Shown here: positions 11,251 to 21,820 of the stretch, in pieces
How the letters are laid out: every line of letters begins with the position of its first letter
Numbering within the stretch: the first letter of the stretch is position 1
From: an uncultured Bacillota bacterium
GTDB lineage: Bacteria; Bacillota; DTU025; MWDF01
NCBI GenBank assembly: GCA_963823655.1
Contig: CAWGMK010000007.1
Coordinates: 192,001 to 256,000, forward strand
Reading direction: 5' to 3'
Length of the DNA stretch: 64,000 nucleotides
Made by a program: the position numbers and the translations under genes
The notes under the pieces: model-generated
What the model was told of the DNA's origin: nothing
Database searches by the model: none
What the model saw: the letters and a program-made list of their open reading frames with translations, nothing else

Positions 11251-12207
11251 ATGTTCAAGAGGTTGACAATCCTGAGCCTGGCGATCCTAATGGCAGTTGT
11301 ATTAGCAGGTTCGGCAATGAGCGCGTACCCGACGCAGCCCATAAACTACCTAATTGCCTTCAGTGCAGGCGGAGAATCAGACATCACCGCACGCATGCAG
11401 CAAAAGTACCTTGAGCAGGAGCTTGGCGTCCCTATCGTAATGACATATAAAACGGGCGGCGGCGGCGCAGTCTGCTGGGCAGAGCTTGTCCGCTCCAAGC
11501 CGGACGGATACATAATAGCAGGCGTTAACGAGCCGCATACCATGCTGCAGCCGATGCAGAGCAACAGCGGATATGAGACAAGCCAGATCCAGAGGGTAGC
11601 CCTCTTCCAGTTCACCCCCTGCGCATTGATTGTGCGCAAGGATAGCCCCTTCAAGACCCTTCAGGATCTGATCGATTTTGCGAAGAAGTACCCCGGCATG
11701 GTGACTGTAGGCGGCAGCGGCAGCTGGGCTTCGACCCACTTTACAACGATGTTGCTTGAGAAGGCGGCCGGAATAAAGCTCACATACATCCCGTTCGCAG
11801 GCTCTGGCGACACTAAGCCCGCAATCCTTGGCGGTCATGTGTCAGCGATAGTTGCACATCCAACGACCGCAGTAGGAATGAAGAATGACATAAGGATACT
11901 GGCAGTAGCTGCAGAGAAGCGCTCTGCGGTGTTCCCGGATGTTTCTACGTTCAAAGAGCTTGGCGTCCCGGGCGTTGTTGAAGGTTCCTACAGAGGCGTC
12001 GCAGTGCCTCCCGGCACCCCAAAGGATATTGTTAACAAGCTGGCAGCGGCCTTCAAGAAGGCCAATGAGGATCCGGCGTTCGTTAAGACCATGACAGATC
12101 TGGGCTTCGACCTGCTGTGGAAGGGCCCTGAGGAATATGAGAGCTGGATCAAGGAGAGAACGGTATATTACGCAGAGCTTCTCAAGACGCTCGGATATTC
12201 GAAATAG
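11251..12207 (+). CDS. tctC: Tripartite tricarboxylate transporter substrate-binding protein (TctC/Bug)
   Basis: Signal peptide; YPTQPI..FSAGGESD, GGGGAV, PDGY, YIPFAGSG and VPPGTPKDIV. Confidence 0.93.
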   Translation: MFKRLTILSLAILMAVVLAGSAMSAYPTQPINYLIAFSAGGESDITARMQQKYLEQELGVPIVMTYKTGGGGAVCWAELVRSKPDGYIIAGVNEPHTMLQPMQSNSGYETSQIQRVALFQFTPCALIVRKDSPFKTLQDLIDFAKKYPGMVTVGGSGSWASTHFTTMLLEKAAGIKLTYIPFAGSGDTKPAILGGHVSAIVAHPTTAVGMKNDIRILAVAAEKRSAVFPDVSTFKELGVPGVVEGSYRGVAVPPGTPKDIVNKLAAAFKKANEDPAFVKTMTDLGFDLLWKGPEEYESWIKERTVYYAELLKTLGYSK

Positions 12208-12293
12208 CTTCTGGACAAGCTTCGTAAGGGGGGCGAAAGCCCCCCATTTGAATGCCTCTATGAAGATTAACTAATGATTGCGAGGGACGCAAG

Positions 12294-13805
12294 ATGGTTC
12301 TTGAAGGCCTTCTGGGAATTTTGACTCCTCAGATACAACTTTATATCCTGCTGGCGACCATAGGAGGCATGATAGTCGGTGCACTGCCCGGGCTTACTGC
12401 GACAATGGCAGTTGCCGTTATGGTCCCGCTGACTTTCGGAATGGAGCCGGTTACGGGCCTTGCGGTCCTCGGTGCCATATACATGTCAGCAATCTATGGC
12501 GGATGCTTCTCGGCCATCCTCATAAACACCCCGGGCACGCCCGGTTCCATAGCAACAGCTTTTGACGGGTATCCGATGTGTGTGAAAGGTGAGGGAATGA
12601 GGGCCATCGTAGGCGCGACGGTCGGCTCCGTGATCGGCGGCGTCGTAAGCCTTGTAGCACTTTTCTTTCTGTCGCCCCCTCTTGCAGCCATTTCGTTAAA
12701 ATTCGGGCCTCCTGAATACTTCTGGCTTGCCATATTCGGACTTACCGTAATGGCCAGCATGGGGGGTGAGGGCTCTCTAGTAAAGACCTTCATGGCGGGA
12801 GGGCTCGGGCTTCTGATCAGCTGCATAGGGATGACCATAATGGGCGGGCAGCTGCGCTTCGGCTTCAACAACTACCACATGCAGGGAGGCATCGACCTCG
12901 TGTCTGCCATGATAGGCCTTTTCTGCATCCCTGAGGCGCTGAACTACATGAGCACCTTCGGCTCCATGTATAAAATTACCGAAGTAAAGAAGCCCAAGGG
13001 GGCAATCTGGGCGGCGATCAAGGAGACTCTGGCTTTGAGGGCCACCCTGGTGCGTTCTTCGCTTATTGGTTTAATCGTCGGCATCTTGCCGGGTGCAGGT
13101 GGCACTATCGCCAACATGATCGCATACAACGAAGCTAAGAAAGCCTCAAAAGATTCGGCTAAGTTCGGCACAGGAGTCCTTGAAGGAGTAGTGGCTCCTG
13201 AGACGGCGAACAACGCGACCGTTGGAGGAGGGTTAATTCCGACTCTTACCCTGGGTGTTCCGGGCACCACGGTAGCTGCGGTTATCTACGGAGCATTGCT
13301 TCTGCACGGCCTTAGGCCCGGTGCAGACCTTTTCACCTCGAACGGCAAGGTTGTCTGGGGGTTCATGTTCGCAATTCTCATATCTACGATAATGATGGGC
13401 GTTATTGGACTTCTCGTAGGGATACAGATGTATAGAGGAGTCTCAAAGGTGCCGACGAGGTTCATGGCACCGGCTATAGTCGCGTTATCAATCGTGGGAG
13501 CATACGCGGTAAGAAACAGCAGCGTGGATGTAATAGTTATGCTGGTGTTCGGACTTCTCGGGTACATCCTGAAAGAAATGGGCCTGGCCCCCGGCGCATT
13601 GGTTCTCGGCCTTATATTGGGCCCCATCGCAGAGGCAGGCTTCGTCAGGTCCAGCCTCATTGGGCAGGCCGCAGGCTATTTCAACATTTTCGTTAAAAGG
13701 CCTATCAGCCTTATACTGATAGCCCTTACTCTCCTGTCGCTTATCTGGCCAATAATCACAAATTACCTGTCCAAACGGGGTAAGGGGAGGGTTTCAGGTG
13801 CCTAA
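12294..13805 (+). CDS. tctA: Tripartite tricarboxylate transporter large permease
   Basis: GALPGL, ILINTPGTPGSIATAFDGYPM, GPPEYF, PETANNA and PTLTLGVPG. Confidence 0.95.
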   Translation: MVLEGLLGILTPQIQLYILLATIGGMIVGALPGLTATMAVAVMVPLTFGMEPVTGLAVLGAIYMSAIYGGCFSAILINTPGTPGSIATAFDGYPMCVKGEGMRAIVGATVGSVIGGVVSLVALFFLSPPLAAISLKFGPPEYFWLAIFGLTVMASMGGEGSLVKTFMAGGLGLLISCIGMTIMGGQLRFGFNNYHMQGGIDLVSAMIGLFCIPEALNYMSTFGSMYKITEVKKPKGAIWAAIKETLALRATLVRSSLIGLIVGILPGAGGTIANMIAYNEAKKASKDSAKFGTGVLEGVVAPETANNATVGGGLIPTLTLGVPGTTVAAVIYGALLLHGLRPGADLFTSNGKVVWGFMFAILISTIMMGVIGLLVGIQMYRGVSKVPTRFMAPAIVALSIVGAYAVRNSSVDVIVMLVFGLLGYILKEMGLAPGALVLGLILGPIAEAGFVRSSLIGQAAGYFNIFVKRPISLILIALTLLSLIWPIITNYLSKRGKGRVSGA

Positions 13806-14254
13806 GAAGAGAAATATCGACCTTATTGCCGCATTATTCGTGGGGGCCATCAGCCTTGTCTTCTGGTCCCAGCTGAAGGACATCAATTCTCCCATGGATG
13901 TTATATTTCCCAAAAGCGTCCTGATAGTAATGTTCGTTCTGTGCGGGATCCTGCTGATTAAGGCGTTCACTAAGCCGGATCTCAAAGAATTGTTCGCGAT
14001 AAAGAACAGGAACATGGTCGCGTTGGGGGCTATCTGCCTTGTTGTGTGGGTGGCGCTGCTCGGGAGTAACGGGTTTCATTTCAATAAGCGTGTTGGCATT
14101 CACGCTGCTCTCATGGATTATGCAGGACAAGGAGAAAAGGACTCTGAAATCGGCCCTTAACTCCGTGATTGTGGGCAGCATCCTAATCGGGCTTATCTAT
14201 CTGGTGTTCGTAAAATTGCTGCTTGTTCCGCTTCCAAAGGGCTTCCTCATTTAG
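13798..14254 (+). CDS. tctB: TctB small membrane subunit, frameshift near 14062
   Basis: Hydrophobic helices spread over two frames; ends with the typical FVKLLLVPLPKG. Confidence 0.8.
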
Positions 14255-14290
14255 GGATCGAAGCAATGAGCAGATTAGGGGGGTGTACCC

Positions 14291-15178
14291 TTGTTGCCTA
14301 GAAAAATTGGCTTCATAGGCTTCGGCGAGGCGGCTTCGGCATTTGCGAAAGCGCTATCCGAACATGGAGCAAACATTGAGGCCTTCGATATCCTTATAAA
14401 CGCTGAGGACGGCCTGAAGGTATTGAATCGCAGGAGCGATGGCGTAGATGTGAAGTTTCGCAAACTCGAGGATGTCATTAAGGACTCCGAGCTGATCATA
14501 TCCACAGTTACCACGGACGTTGCCCTGGCAGCTGCGAGAAGTTGCGCCGGGTTGCTGTCCTCATCAAAAGTATATTTCGACCTGAATTCCACTTCCCCGA
14601 ACGTAAAAATCGAGATATCCGAGGTCATAAGAAGCACCGGGGCGGGCTTTCTGGAAGGCGTAGTGCTTGGCGCAATAGGAGCCACCGGGTCTGCCACCAA
14701 AGTACTTCTCGGCGGCGATCTGGGCGAAGAGTATGCAATCAAGCTGAAGGAGCTGGGGCTAAACACCTCGTTTTTCAGCAGGGAGATAGGTAAGGCATCG
14801 ACTTTCAAGATGATAAGGAGCGTTTTCAGCAAGGGCGCAGAGGCACTGCTGCTAGAGATGCTCCTTGCCGGCAAGAAGGCCGGTCTTGAGGAGGAGCTGT
14901 GGAAGGACATAGTTGGGTTCATGGAATCCAAGCCGTTTGGCAAGATAGCCTCCAATTGGCTGCAAACCCATGCGGTAGCGTGTGAACGCAGATACTATGA
15001 GATGCTCCAGGTCTGCGGAACCATGGATGAGCTTGCAATCGAGCCTGTAATGGCAACTGCAACCGCAGAAGTGTTCAGGCATTCCGTTGAAGCAGGCCTG
15101 AAGAATAGTTTCCAGGATAAGGCCTCGAGCGTAAATGAGGTAATAGACGTGCTTTCCCAACTTGTGGGCAAAATGTAG
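14291..15178 (+). CDS. NAD(P)-dependent dehydrogenase, beta-hydroxyacid/6PGD-like (DUF1932 type)
   Basis: GFIGFGEAA Rossmann motif, [21 protein letters not shown] and RRYYEM. Confidence 0.85.
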   Translation: MLPRKIGFIGFGEAASAFAKALSEHGANIEAFDILINAEDGLKVLNRRSDGVDVKFRKLEDVIKDSELIISTVTTDVALAAARSCAGLLSSSKVYFDLNSTSPNVKIEISEVIRSTGAGFLEGVVLGAIGATGSATKVLLGGDLGEEYAIKLKELGLNTSFFSREIGKASTFKMIRSVFSKGAEALLLEMLLAGKKAGLEEELWKDIVGFMESKPFGKIASNWLQTHAVACERRYYEMLQVCGTMDELAIEPVMATATAEVFRHSVEAGLKNSFQDKASSVNEVIDVLSQLVGKM

Positions 15179-15191
15179 GAGGCATCTTCAC

Positions 15192-16064
15192 ATGAACAAG
15201 ACAACGCAACTGAAAACACTGCTGAAATCCCCCCAGCTAGAATTCATACTAGAAGCTCACGATGGCATGAGTGCGAAGATCGTCCAGGAGGCGGGTTTCA
15301 AAGGCATTTGGGGCAGCGGGCTTACGATATCAGCGGCCATGGGAGTTCGCGACAGCAACGAAGCAAGCTGGACGCAAGTCCTTGAGGTTATGGAGTTCAT
15401 GAGCGATGCGGTAGATATCCCGATATTACTTGACGGCGACACCGGATATGGCAATTTCAACAACTTCCGCAGGCTCGTCAAGAAGCTAGAGCAAAGGGAT
15501 GTCGCTGGAGTATGCATAGAAGATAAGCTTTTCCCTAAGACGAATTCGTTTATAAATAGCACGAACCAGCCGCTTGCGGATATTCGTGAATTTGCCAACA
15601 AGATCAAAGCCGGAAAGGATACGCAGTCCGATCCCGATTTCTGTATTGTCGCCCGTATCGAATCGTTCATCGCCGGCTGGGGCCTTGAGGAGACTTTGAA
15701 GAGGGCCCACGCATATCACGAGGCAGGGGCCGATGCACTGCTCATTCACAGCAGGATATCCAAGCCCGATGAGATCCTGGCATTCATGAAAGAGTGGAAA
15801 GACACATGTCCTGTGGTCATAGTACCGACCATGTATTATGACACACCGGCAGAAGTGTTCGAGAAGGCCGGGATATCGCTCGTCATATGGGCGAATCACC
15901 TCATGAGAAGCAGCATGGCAAGCATGAAGGAAACGGCAGCGCAGATTGCCGCAGAGCGCTCCATAAGCACCGTAGAGAAGAAAGTGGTCTCCGTAAAGGA
16001 GATATTCCGCATGCAAAACGCGAAGGAGCTTGAAGAAGCCGAGAGGATCTATTTGCCCTCCTGA
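15192..16064 (+). CDS. pepM: Phosphoenolpyruvate phosphomutase
   Basis: Diagnostic [10 protein letters not shown] (EDK-X5-NS), plus [29 protein letters not shown] and VIWANH; no nucleotidyltransferase fusion. Confidence 0.95.
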   Translation: MNKTTQLKTLLKSPQLEFILEAHDGMSAKIVQEAGFKGIWGSGLTISAAMGVRDSNEASWTQVLEVMEFMSDAVDIPILLDGDTGYGNFNNFRRLVKKLEQRDVAGVCIEDKLFPKTNSFINSTNQPLADIREFANKIKAGKDTQSDPDFCIVARIESFIAGWGLEETLKRAHAYHEAGADALLIHSRISKPDEILAFMKEWKDTCPVVIVPTMYYDTPAEVFEKAGISLVIWANHLMRSSMASMKETAAQIAAERSISTVEKKVVSVKEIFRMQNAKELEEAERIYLPS

Positions 16065-16128
16065 GCAAACGGAAAACATTACTTGGTTTCGATTAATTTC
16101 GGGTATGACAGCTTTGGAGGCGTTTCCG

Positions 16129-17163
16129 ATGAATGCCAAAGTCATGGTTGAGGTAGATTGGCTAAGGAAGATCTCCCGCAAAATCCTTGAGATGCGCGGC
16201 GTAGACAAGGATTGCTCCGATGTTGTGACCGACATGCTCGTCGAGGCGGACCTGTGGGGGAGGAATTCCCATGGAACAATGCGCCTCGCTAAATGGGCAC
16301 CCGGGATCGAAGAGGGAACGATAGCCAAGCGCAATGAGATGAAGCTTATTAGAAGAAGCGGCTCCATCGAGTGGTTCGAGGGGAATATGACTCTTGGCCC
16401 CGTCTCCGCAATGACGGCGATTGAATCGTGCCTGAAAAGGGCAAAGGAATCCGGAGTGGCAATCTGCTGCGTATCCGGCGCGTCCCACATAGGAATGCTG
16501 GGCTATTACGCCCAGAAGGCAGCCCTCAAGGGGCAAATCGGGATAATAATGTGCAATACGGAGCCTGCCATGGCACCTTACGGAGGTTTAGATAAGGTGA
16601 TTGGCACAAATCCGATTGCGGTGGGGATACCTTCCGGCGTTAATCCGCCAATAGTGCTTGATATGGCAACTACAGTGCATGCAAGGGGAAGAGTCGTGGA
16701 AGCCCTCGAAGAGGGCGAAGAGTTGCCGGCAGGATGGGCTGAGGACGCCTTCGGTGAGCCGACAATAGATCCGGCCAAGGCGCTTGAAGGCTCACTGCTT
16801 CCGACAGGGGGCGTAAAAGGATACGCCCTGGCAATAATAGTGGACATACTCTCCGGCGCCCTCTCCGGAAGCTCGGTCGGCACAGGCGTGCTCGGCTCTC
16901 ACGATATGAGCAAGCCTTCCTCAAGAGGGGACTTCTACATGACAATAGACCCGGACCATACAGTAGGCCGTTCAGCGTTTGAGGCATCTGTTATGGACCT
17001 TGCGGGACAGATCAGGTCTTCAAGGACTAAAGAGGGAATGTCGATAATGCTGCCGGGCGACCCGGAAATGGACGAAAGGCAGAGAAGGCTTGAAAAGGGC
17101 ATACCGATGGTACAGTCGATAGTGCAGAAGCTCGAGATGCTGGCCAGCATGCAAGCAAAGTAG
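16129..17163 (+). CDS. Ldh_2-family 2-hydroxyacid dehydrogenase (ComC/AllD/DlgD superfamily)
   Basis: ADLWGRNSHG, SHIG, GTNPIA, LDMAT, KGYAL and LPGD; start 16129 after GGAGG. Confidence 0.92.
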   Translation: MNAKVMVEVDWLRKISRKILEMRGVDKDCSDVVTDMLVEADLWGRNSHGTMRLAKWAPGIEEGTIAKRNEMKLIRRSGSIEWFEGNMTLGPVSAMTAIESCLKRAKESGVAICCVSGASHIGMLGYYAQKAALKGQIGIIMCNTEPAMAPYGGLDKVIGTNPIAVGIPSGVNPPIVLDMATTVHARGRVVEALEEGEELPAGWAEDAFGEPTIDPAKALEGSLLPTGGVKGYALAIIVDILSGALSGSSVGTGVLGSHDMSKPSSRGDFYMTIDPDHTVGRSAFEASVMDLAGQIRSSRTKEGMSIMLPGDPEMDERQRRLEKGIPMVQSIVQKLEMLASMQAK

Positions 17164-17241
17164 TCCAAACATACATCCGTGTCCGGCTTGGCTGAGCAAC
17201 AGGCAAAATAGCAAATCCGTAAGACACATCCGAAATGACGG

Positions 17242-17291
17242 ACGATGACGGCTTTCTCAGTGGGGTTCAGACCTGAGAAGGCCGTCATCGT
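17242..17291. terminator. Hairpin between convergent genes, closing the pepM operon
   Basis: ACGATGACGGCTTTCTCAG...CTGAGAAGGCCGTCATCGT inverted repeat. Confidence 0.75.
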
Positions 17292-17339
17292 TTAAATCTC
17301 TTGTTTAGTTAAACCTGCTCGTAATCCGTATTATCAGGC

Positions 17340-18053
17340 TCATCGAATATGAAGCGAGAAGCGTTCCCCGAACAAAGCCAGGAAATCCTCCCGCGACTTA
17401 CTAAATACCCATTCTGCGCCTTCCAGCCTCTCACCCAGCGTGCATGACATAACATGCAGCAAGTGCCTGATATGGTACAGCCAGTCCTTAACACAGCTTT
17501 CCTCCAGCCGGCTGCGCATCTCGATTGTAAGCCGCTCGTTCTCCTCGGTGAGGTCTATGCCGTGCCAGGTGAATTCGCAATATCTCAGCTCGGCTCCGGA
17601 CAATTCCTGCTCCACTTCCAGGTTAAGATTCTCATCGAATCCCATCGCCAGGTGCCTGTCGATGTTTTCGCAGTAACAATGGCCCTCCTCAGTCAGGTTG
17701 TTCTCCTGCCAGGCATCGTGCCAGGGGCATGACAAAGTGCGGATTACCAATACGGGGGATCGTTGCACAATAACGGAACGCATGCTGCCCTGAGGGGCTC
17801 TCCATTCGCTGTAAGCCCTGTAAGCTGTCATATTTGTCTCATCGCCGTTTCTCAGGGCCCTTTTTCTCATGCGCCTTCCGCGCTGCAGCCCATATTCCTT
17901 GACCGCTGCAATTACCGCCAGCCTGCCCTCTTCCCCGTAGCGCTCGACGGCATTTCTCGTGATGATGCCGAACAAAGTCGCATGATGGCCCGGGAGCAGC
18001 TCTGCAGCCGCGCTTTTACACGCCTCGTCGCCGAACGATTTGACTTTGCCCAT
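17340..18053 (-). CDS. L-2-amino-thiazoline-4-carboxylate hydrolase-like (ATC_hydrolase) protein
   Basis: YGLQRGRRM, CPWHDAW, YCENID and CEF patterns. Confidence 0.75.
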   Translation of the reverse strand: MGKVKSFGDEACKSAAAELLPGHHATLFGIITRNAVERYGEEGRLAVIAAVKEYGLQRGRRMRKRALRNGDETNMTAYRAYSEWRAPQGSMRSVIVQRSPVLVIRTLSCPWHDAWQENNLTEEGHCYCENIDRHLAMGFDENLNLEVEQELSGAELRYCEFTWHGIDLTEENERLTIEMRSRLEESCVKDWLYHIRHLLHVMSCTLGERLEGAEWVFSKSREDFLALFGERFSLHIR

Positions 18054-18062
18054 TTCGCCTAC

Positions 18063-19223
18063 CTAGCCCCTATCTACATTAATCACTGTCCTGACGGAGG
18101 GATCCTTCTTGCGTATGGCCCTGCTTACCGCAGTAACAAGCTCATCTTCGCCCATCTTGTAAGAAAACGGGACAGACATATCGAAGATGATGTTGTTGTG
18201 AGTGATGCCTTTTACCACCCTGAAATCGTGGAATCTGAGCTCGGGATCTATCTCGGCTAAAGTTGCCGCAGCCAACTCGCGCATCTTGTTGACGAAAGGG
18301 TCATCTATCACTACCGGATCGAGGTGGATTACGAGATCGACCTGGCGCGCCTTCCTGATGTCCAGCTCGATGTTGTCTATTAGGTCATGGCTTTTTAGAA
18401 TGTCGACTTTTGCGTCGACTTCCACATGGACGGAGGCGAAAATGCGGTTCGGGCCGTAATCATGAACAAGCAAGTCGTGGGTGTTAATCACACCATCGTA
18501 CTTCTTTATGAAGTCGTCGATCTCCTCTATGGCATCTGCAGTCGGCGCTTTGCCGAGCATCCGGTCCATGGTCTCCCTCATAACCTTGTAGCCGGAGAAG
18601 ATGATAAGGCCGGACACGATCAGCCCCATGTAGCCGTCCAGCTGGAAATGGATTATGGGGCTCAACAGCATGGATACTAGTACCGCAGAAGTGGCTAGGA
18701 CATCAGAAAGGCTGTCGGTTGCCGTCGCCTGTATCATAGTCGAGCCTATCTGCCTGCCCAATGCGATGTTGAACCTATACAGCCAGAACTTAACGCCTAT
18801 GGAGAGCAGAAGAATGATGACGGCCAGGATGCTGAAGCCTATCTCATCTGGATCCATGATCTTCCCTACGGATGATTTGCCCAGCTCGAAGCCCACCAGA
18901 AGGATTATCACCGCAACTATGGAGGAGGCTATGTACTCGATTCTCGCATGCCCGAACGGGTGGTCCTTGTCTGCGGGCTTGGAGGAGAGCTTGAAGCTCA
19001 CCAGCGAGATTACTGAGGAGCCTGCGTCTGAAAGGTTGTTCATTGCATCGGCGGTGACAGAGATGCTCCCAAACAACGTCCCTGCCGTGAATTTCGCGGC
19101 AAATAGGGCGAGATTCAGGATTATACCCACTATGCTGCTCAGCTTCCCGTACTGGTTGCGGACGGCATCATCATGTATCCTGTCGGGGTTCTTCACGAAA
19201 AGGCTAACGAGATAGTTCTTCAA
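18063..19223 (-). CDS. Cation diffusion facilitator transporter
   Basis: ADAMNNLSD, PADKDHPFGHARIEY, HDLLVHDYG and IHLDP. Confidence 0.93.
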   Translation of the reverse strand: MKNYLVSLFVKNPDRIHDDAVRNQYGKLSSIVGIILNLALFAAKFTAGTLFGSISVTADAMNNLSDAGSSVISLVSFKLSSKPADKDHPFGHARIEYIASSIVAVIILLVGFELGKSSVGKIMDPDEIGFSILAVIILLLSIGVKFWLYRFNIALGRQIGSTMIQATATDSLSDVLATSAVLVSMLLSPIIHFQLDGYMGLIVSGLIIFSGYKVMRETMDRMLGKAPTADAIEEIDDFIKKYDGVINTHDLLVHDYGPNRIFASVHVEVDAKVDILKSHDLIDNIELDIRKARQVDLVIHLDPVVIDDPFVNKMRELAAATLAEIDPELRFHDFRVVKGITHNNIIFDMSVPFSYKMGEDELVTAVSRAIRKKDPSVRTVINVDRG

Positions 19224-19552
19224 GATGGTTCACCTTCGTCGTATTAGCGATCCAATGGGCCCATCGGCGGCCTCAAGCATCGCTTCTGTTTTTGCTTCAG
19301 TTTAGCACAATGCCGGCTGTATGGCTCAAAGCGCATCTTTCAGCTGCCGTCGGTGGGTTTCTGTGAACGACCGATTGTCGCCTGCCTTCGTATAAGACAT
19401 CGTGCGAAAAGTCCCGTGAGTCAGGTAATTCCGGCAACCGGCATTAGGCTATGTAAAATGGGGCCAAGGACATATACTTTGATTGTCAATGCACAATAGG
19501 CGAAGGGGAGAACCCGCCGTCAATGCGAGCATCAACTACCAAGGAGGATAAT

Positions 19553-20324
19553 ATGTACGCACCGAGTTTCAGGCTTGACGGGAAGACAGCAGTAGTGACA
19601 GGGGCAGGGCGCGGAATAGGCAAAGCCATAGCATTGGGCTTGGCTGAGGCCGGCGCCGACATAGTCCTTATGGCAAGGACCGGAAAAGAGATGGACGAGG
19701 TCGCAGGCCTAGATCGGGGAAATCGGCAGAAGGGCACTGGTAGTCCAGGCAGACCTCACAAACAAGGAAGCCATAGAAAAGGCTTTCGATGAAGCCCTGG
19801 GGCTGTCCGGCAGGATAGACATACTTGTCAACAACGCCGGCGTGAATCCGAGGACGCCTACCTTCGAAGTCGATCAGGAATCGATGGACAAACACTTGAA
19901 ACTAAATCTGGAAGGAGCCTTCTTCTGCTCCCAGGCCGCAGGAAGGATAATGAGCAGGCAAGGGGGCGGCAGGATAATCAGCATTGCGTCCGTTGCTGCT
20001 CAAGTAGCAACCAAGGCCGGGATCATCTATTCGATGACCAAGGCCGCCGTAGTGCAGATGACGAAGACGCTCGCTGTAGAATGGGGCAAGTATGGCATTA
20101 ATGTGAACGCGATCGGCCCGTGGTATATAAGAACGAGCATGACGGAGGAGAAGCTGAAGGACAAGGCGCTTGTGGAGCAGATACTTTCAAGGACGGTGAT
20201 ACAAAGGATCTCCGATCCGGAAGATCTTGTAGGCACTGCGATATTCCTATCCTCAGACGCTTCAAGCTATATAACAGGCCAGACCATTTTTGTGGACGGC
20301 GGCCTTACTATCTACGGTTTCTAA
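19553..20324 (+). CDS. SDR oxidoreductase (gluconate 5-dehydrogenase/KduD-like), frameshift near 19705
   Basis: TGAGRGIG, NNAG, YSMTK and VNAIGP across two frames. Confidence 0.88.
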
Positions 20325-20339
20325 GGATCAGCCTGCCCG

Positions 20340-20373
20340 GGAGCCGAAGGCCAAAAACCTTCGGCTCCTTTTA
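20340..20373 (+). terminator. Terminator after the SDR gene
   Basis: GGAGCCGAAGG/CCTTCGGCTCC hairpin followed by a T run. Confidence 0.85.
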
Positions 20374-20707
20374 TTTGCCCAAAAAGAAAGATGACGGCAA
20401 GGGCGATCGATTTTTACTCTCGGTGGATATGGAACCGATATCACAATATACCTAAATTTGCCAATGATGAAACGCTAGCTAGATTAGGCAATCAAATAAT
20501 CATATGCAATCTAGCTGTATGTTACACGCATATCACTGGCAATATAAATATCTCTCTGAAACAGAGTATATTCATAGAAATTCCCGTCAATGTAAGAGCG
20601 AATATCAATATAGCAGCAGCTAAATACGCTTATAGTCGAAATAAATAAATATTTGCACTTTGCAGGAGGAATCTCAACTTGGGCGGATAATAAATATATA
20701 ATATATA

Positions 20708-20721
20708 TGAAACCCTTACCA
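20708..20721 (+). promoter_or_regulatory. LacI-type operator candidate
   Basis: TGAAACCCTTACCA resembles LacI/cre-type sites and lies upstream of the LacI gene. Confidence 0.45.
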
Positions 20722-20780
20722 CATTTCCGAGTGCTCATGAATACTGAAAGCGGAAATCTGGTACATGGAGGTGCGCAGGA

Positions 20781-21791
20781 TTGACGACGATCTATGAGAT
20801 TGCTAAGAAGGTCGACGCTTCTCCATCAACGGTTTCACGTGCGCTTTCAGGCAACGGCTATGTAAGCAAGGAGATGAAAGAGAAGATCCTTGCCGTGGCC
20901 GAATCCCTATACTACAGGCCGAATGCGCTCGCAAGGGCGCTAGTCACAAAGAAGAGCCAGACGATTGCCTTCGTTGTAGCCGACATCGGCAACCCCTTCT
21001 TCCCCGCAATAGCCAGGGGAGTGGAGGATGTCGCAAGCACCAAAAGCTACAATGTCATCCTTTGCAATACGGATTCCAACAGGGTCAAGGCCGACGAGTA
21101 CATCAAGGTGCTAAGCAGCAGGCAGACGGACGGAGTCATATTCTGTACCGCAAGCGTTAACGACAGGCATGTGAAGGAAGTTATTGGAAGCGGCATCCCG
21201 GTCGTATTAGGATACCCGAGCAAGACCATCAAATGCGACACCGTCTCGTGCGACAACCTCCATGGGGGCATGATCGCGACAGAGCACCTTATAGGCCTCG
21301 GGCATACAACGATCGGGATAATCAGCGCCCTTGTGAAGCGCGTGACGGGCGGCGACAGGCTAAGAGGGTATAAGAGGGCACTCGTTAAACATTCGCTCCG
21401 GGTGAGGGAGGACTTGATCGTCGAGGGCGACTACAGCATGGAGAGCGGCTACGAGAACGCCAAGAGGCTTCTAAACCTCATCGGCCGCCCGACTGCGATC
21501 TTCGCGACCAATGACCTTATGGCGATAGGCGCGATGAACGCGATAGAGGAGGCAGGGCTCAAGGTCCCTGATGACATTGCAGTCGTCGGATACGATGACA
21601 TCCTTATGGCATCGATCGTAAAGCCCAGGCTGACCACGGTGGCCCAGCCTAAATACGAGATAGGGCAGCTTGCGTGCAAGGCCATCCTGGACAGGATGGA
21701 GGCCCCGGACAGGCCCTGGGAGCATACGGTCCTCAAGCCGAAGCTTATAGTCAGAAGCTCCAGCGTAGTGATGGATACCAACAGGGCGTAA
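20781..21791 (+). CDS. LacI-family transcriptional regulator
   Basis: [40 protein letters not shown] and LTTVAQP. Confidence 0.96.
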   Translation: MTTIYEIAKKVDASPSTVSRALSGNGYVSKEMKEKILAVAESLYYRPNALARALVTKKSQTIAFVVADIGNPFFPAIARGVEDVASTKSYNVILCNTDSNRVKADEYIKVLSSRQTDGVIFCTASVNDRHVKEVIGSGIPVVLGYPSKTIKCDTVSCDNLHGGMIATEHLIGLGHTTIGIISALVKRVTGGDRLRGYKRALVKHSLRVREDLIVEGDYSMESGYENAKRLLNLIGRPTAIFATNDLMAIGAMNAIEEAGLKVPDDIAVVGYDDILMASIVKPRLTTVAQPKYEIGQLACKAILDRMEAPDRPWEHTVLKPKLIVRSSSVVMDTNRA

Positions 21792-21820
21792 CCTTTAGCG
21801 ATAAATTCTAGTCAAAACTA

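Noticed and set aside
15192-16064. Phosphonopyruvate hydrolase or (methyl)isocitrate lyase call
   Set aside because: It has the mutase-type EDK-X5-NS motif and lacks the KKCGH/KRCGH lyase motif
10163-17163. Conventional phosphonate biosynthetic gene cluster
   Set aside because: No decarboxylase, nucleotidyltransferase, tailoring or export genes; an importer and an RpiR regulator are present instead. Not fully excluded, because a dehydrogenase could act as the pulling reductase
19553-20324. SDR as part of the LacI operon transcript
   Set aside because: Separated by a strong terminator and about 450 bp of AT-rich DNA; a functional link is unproven
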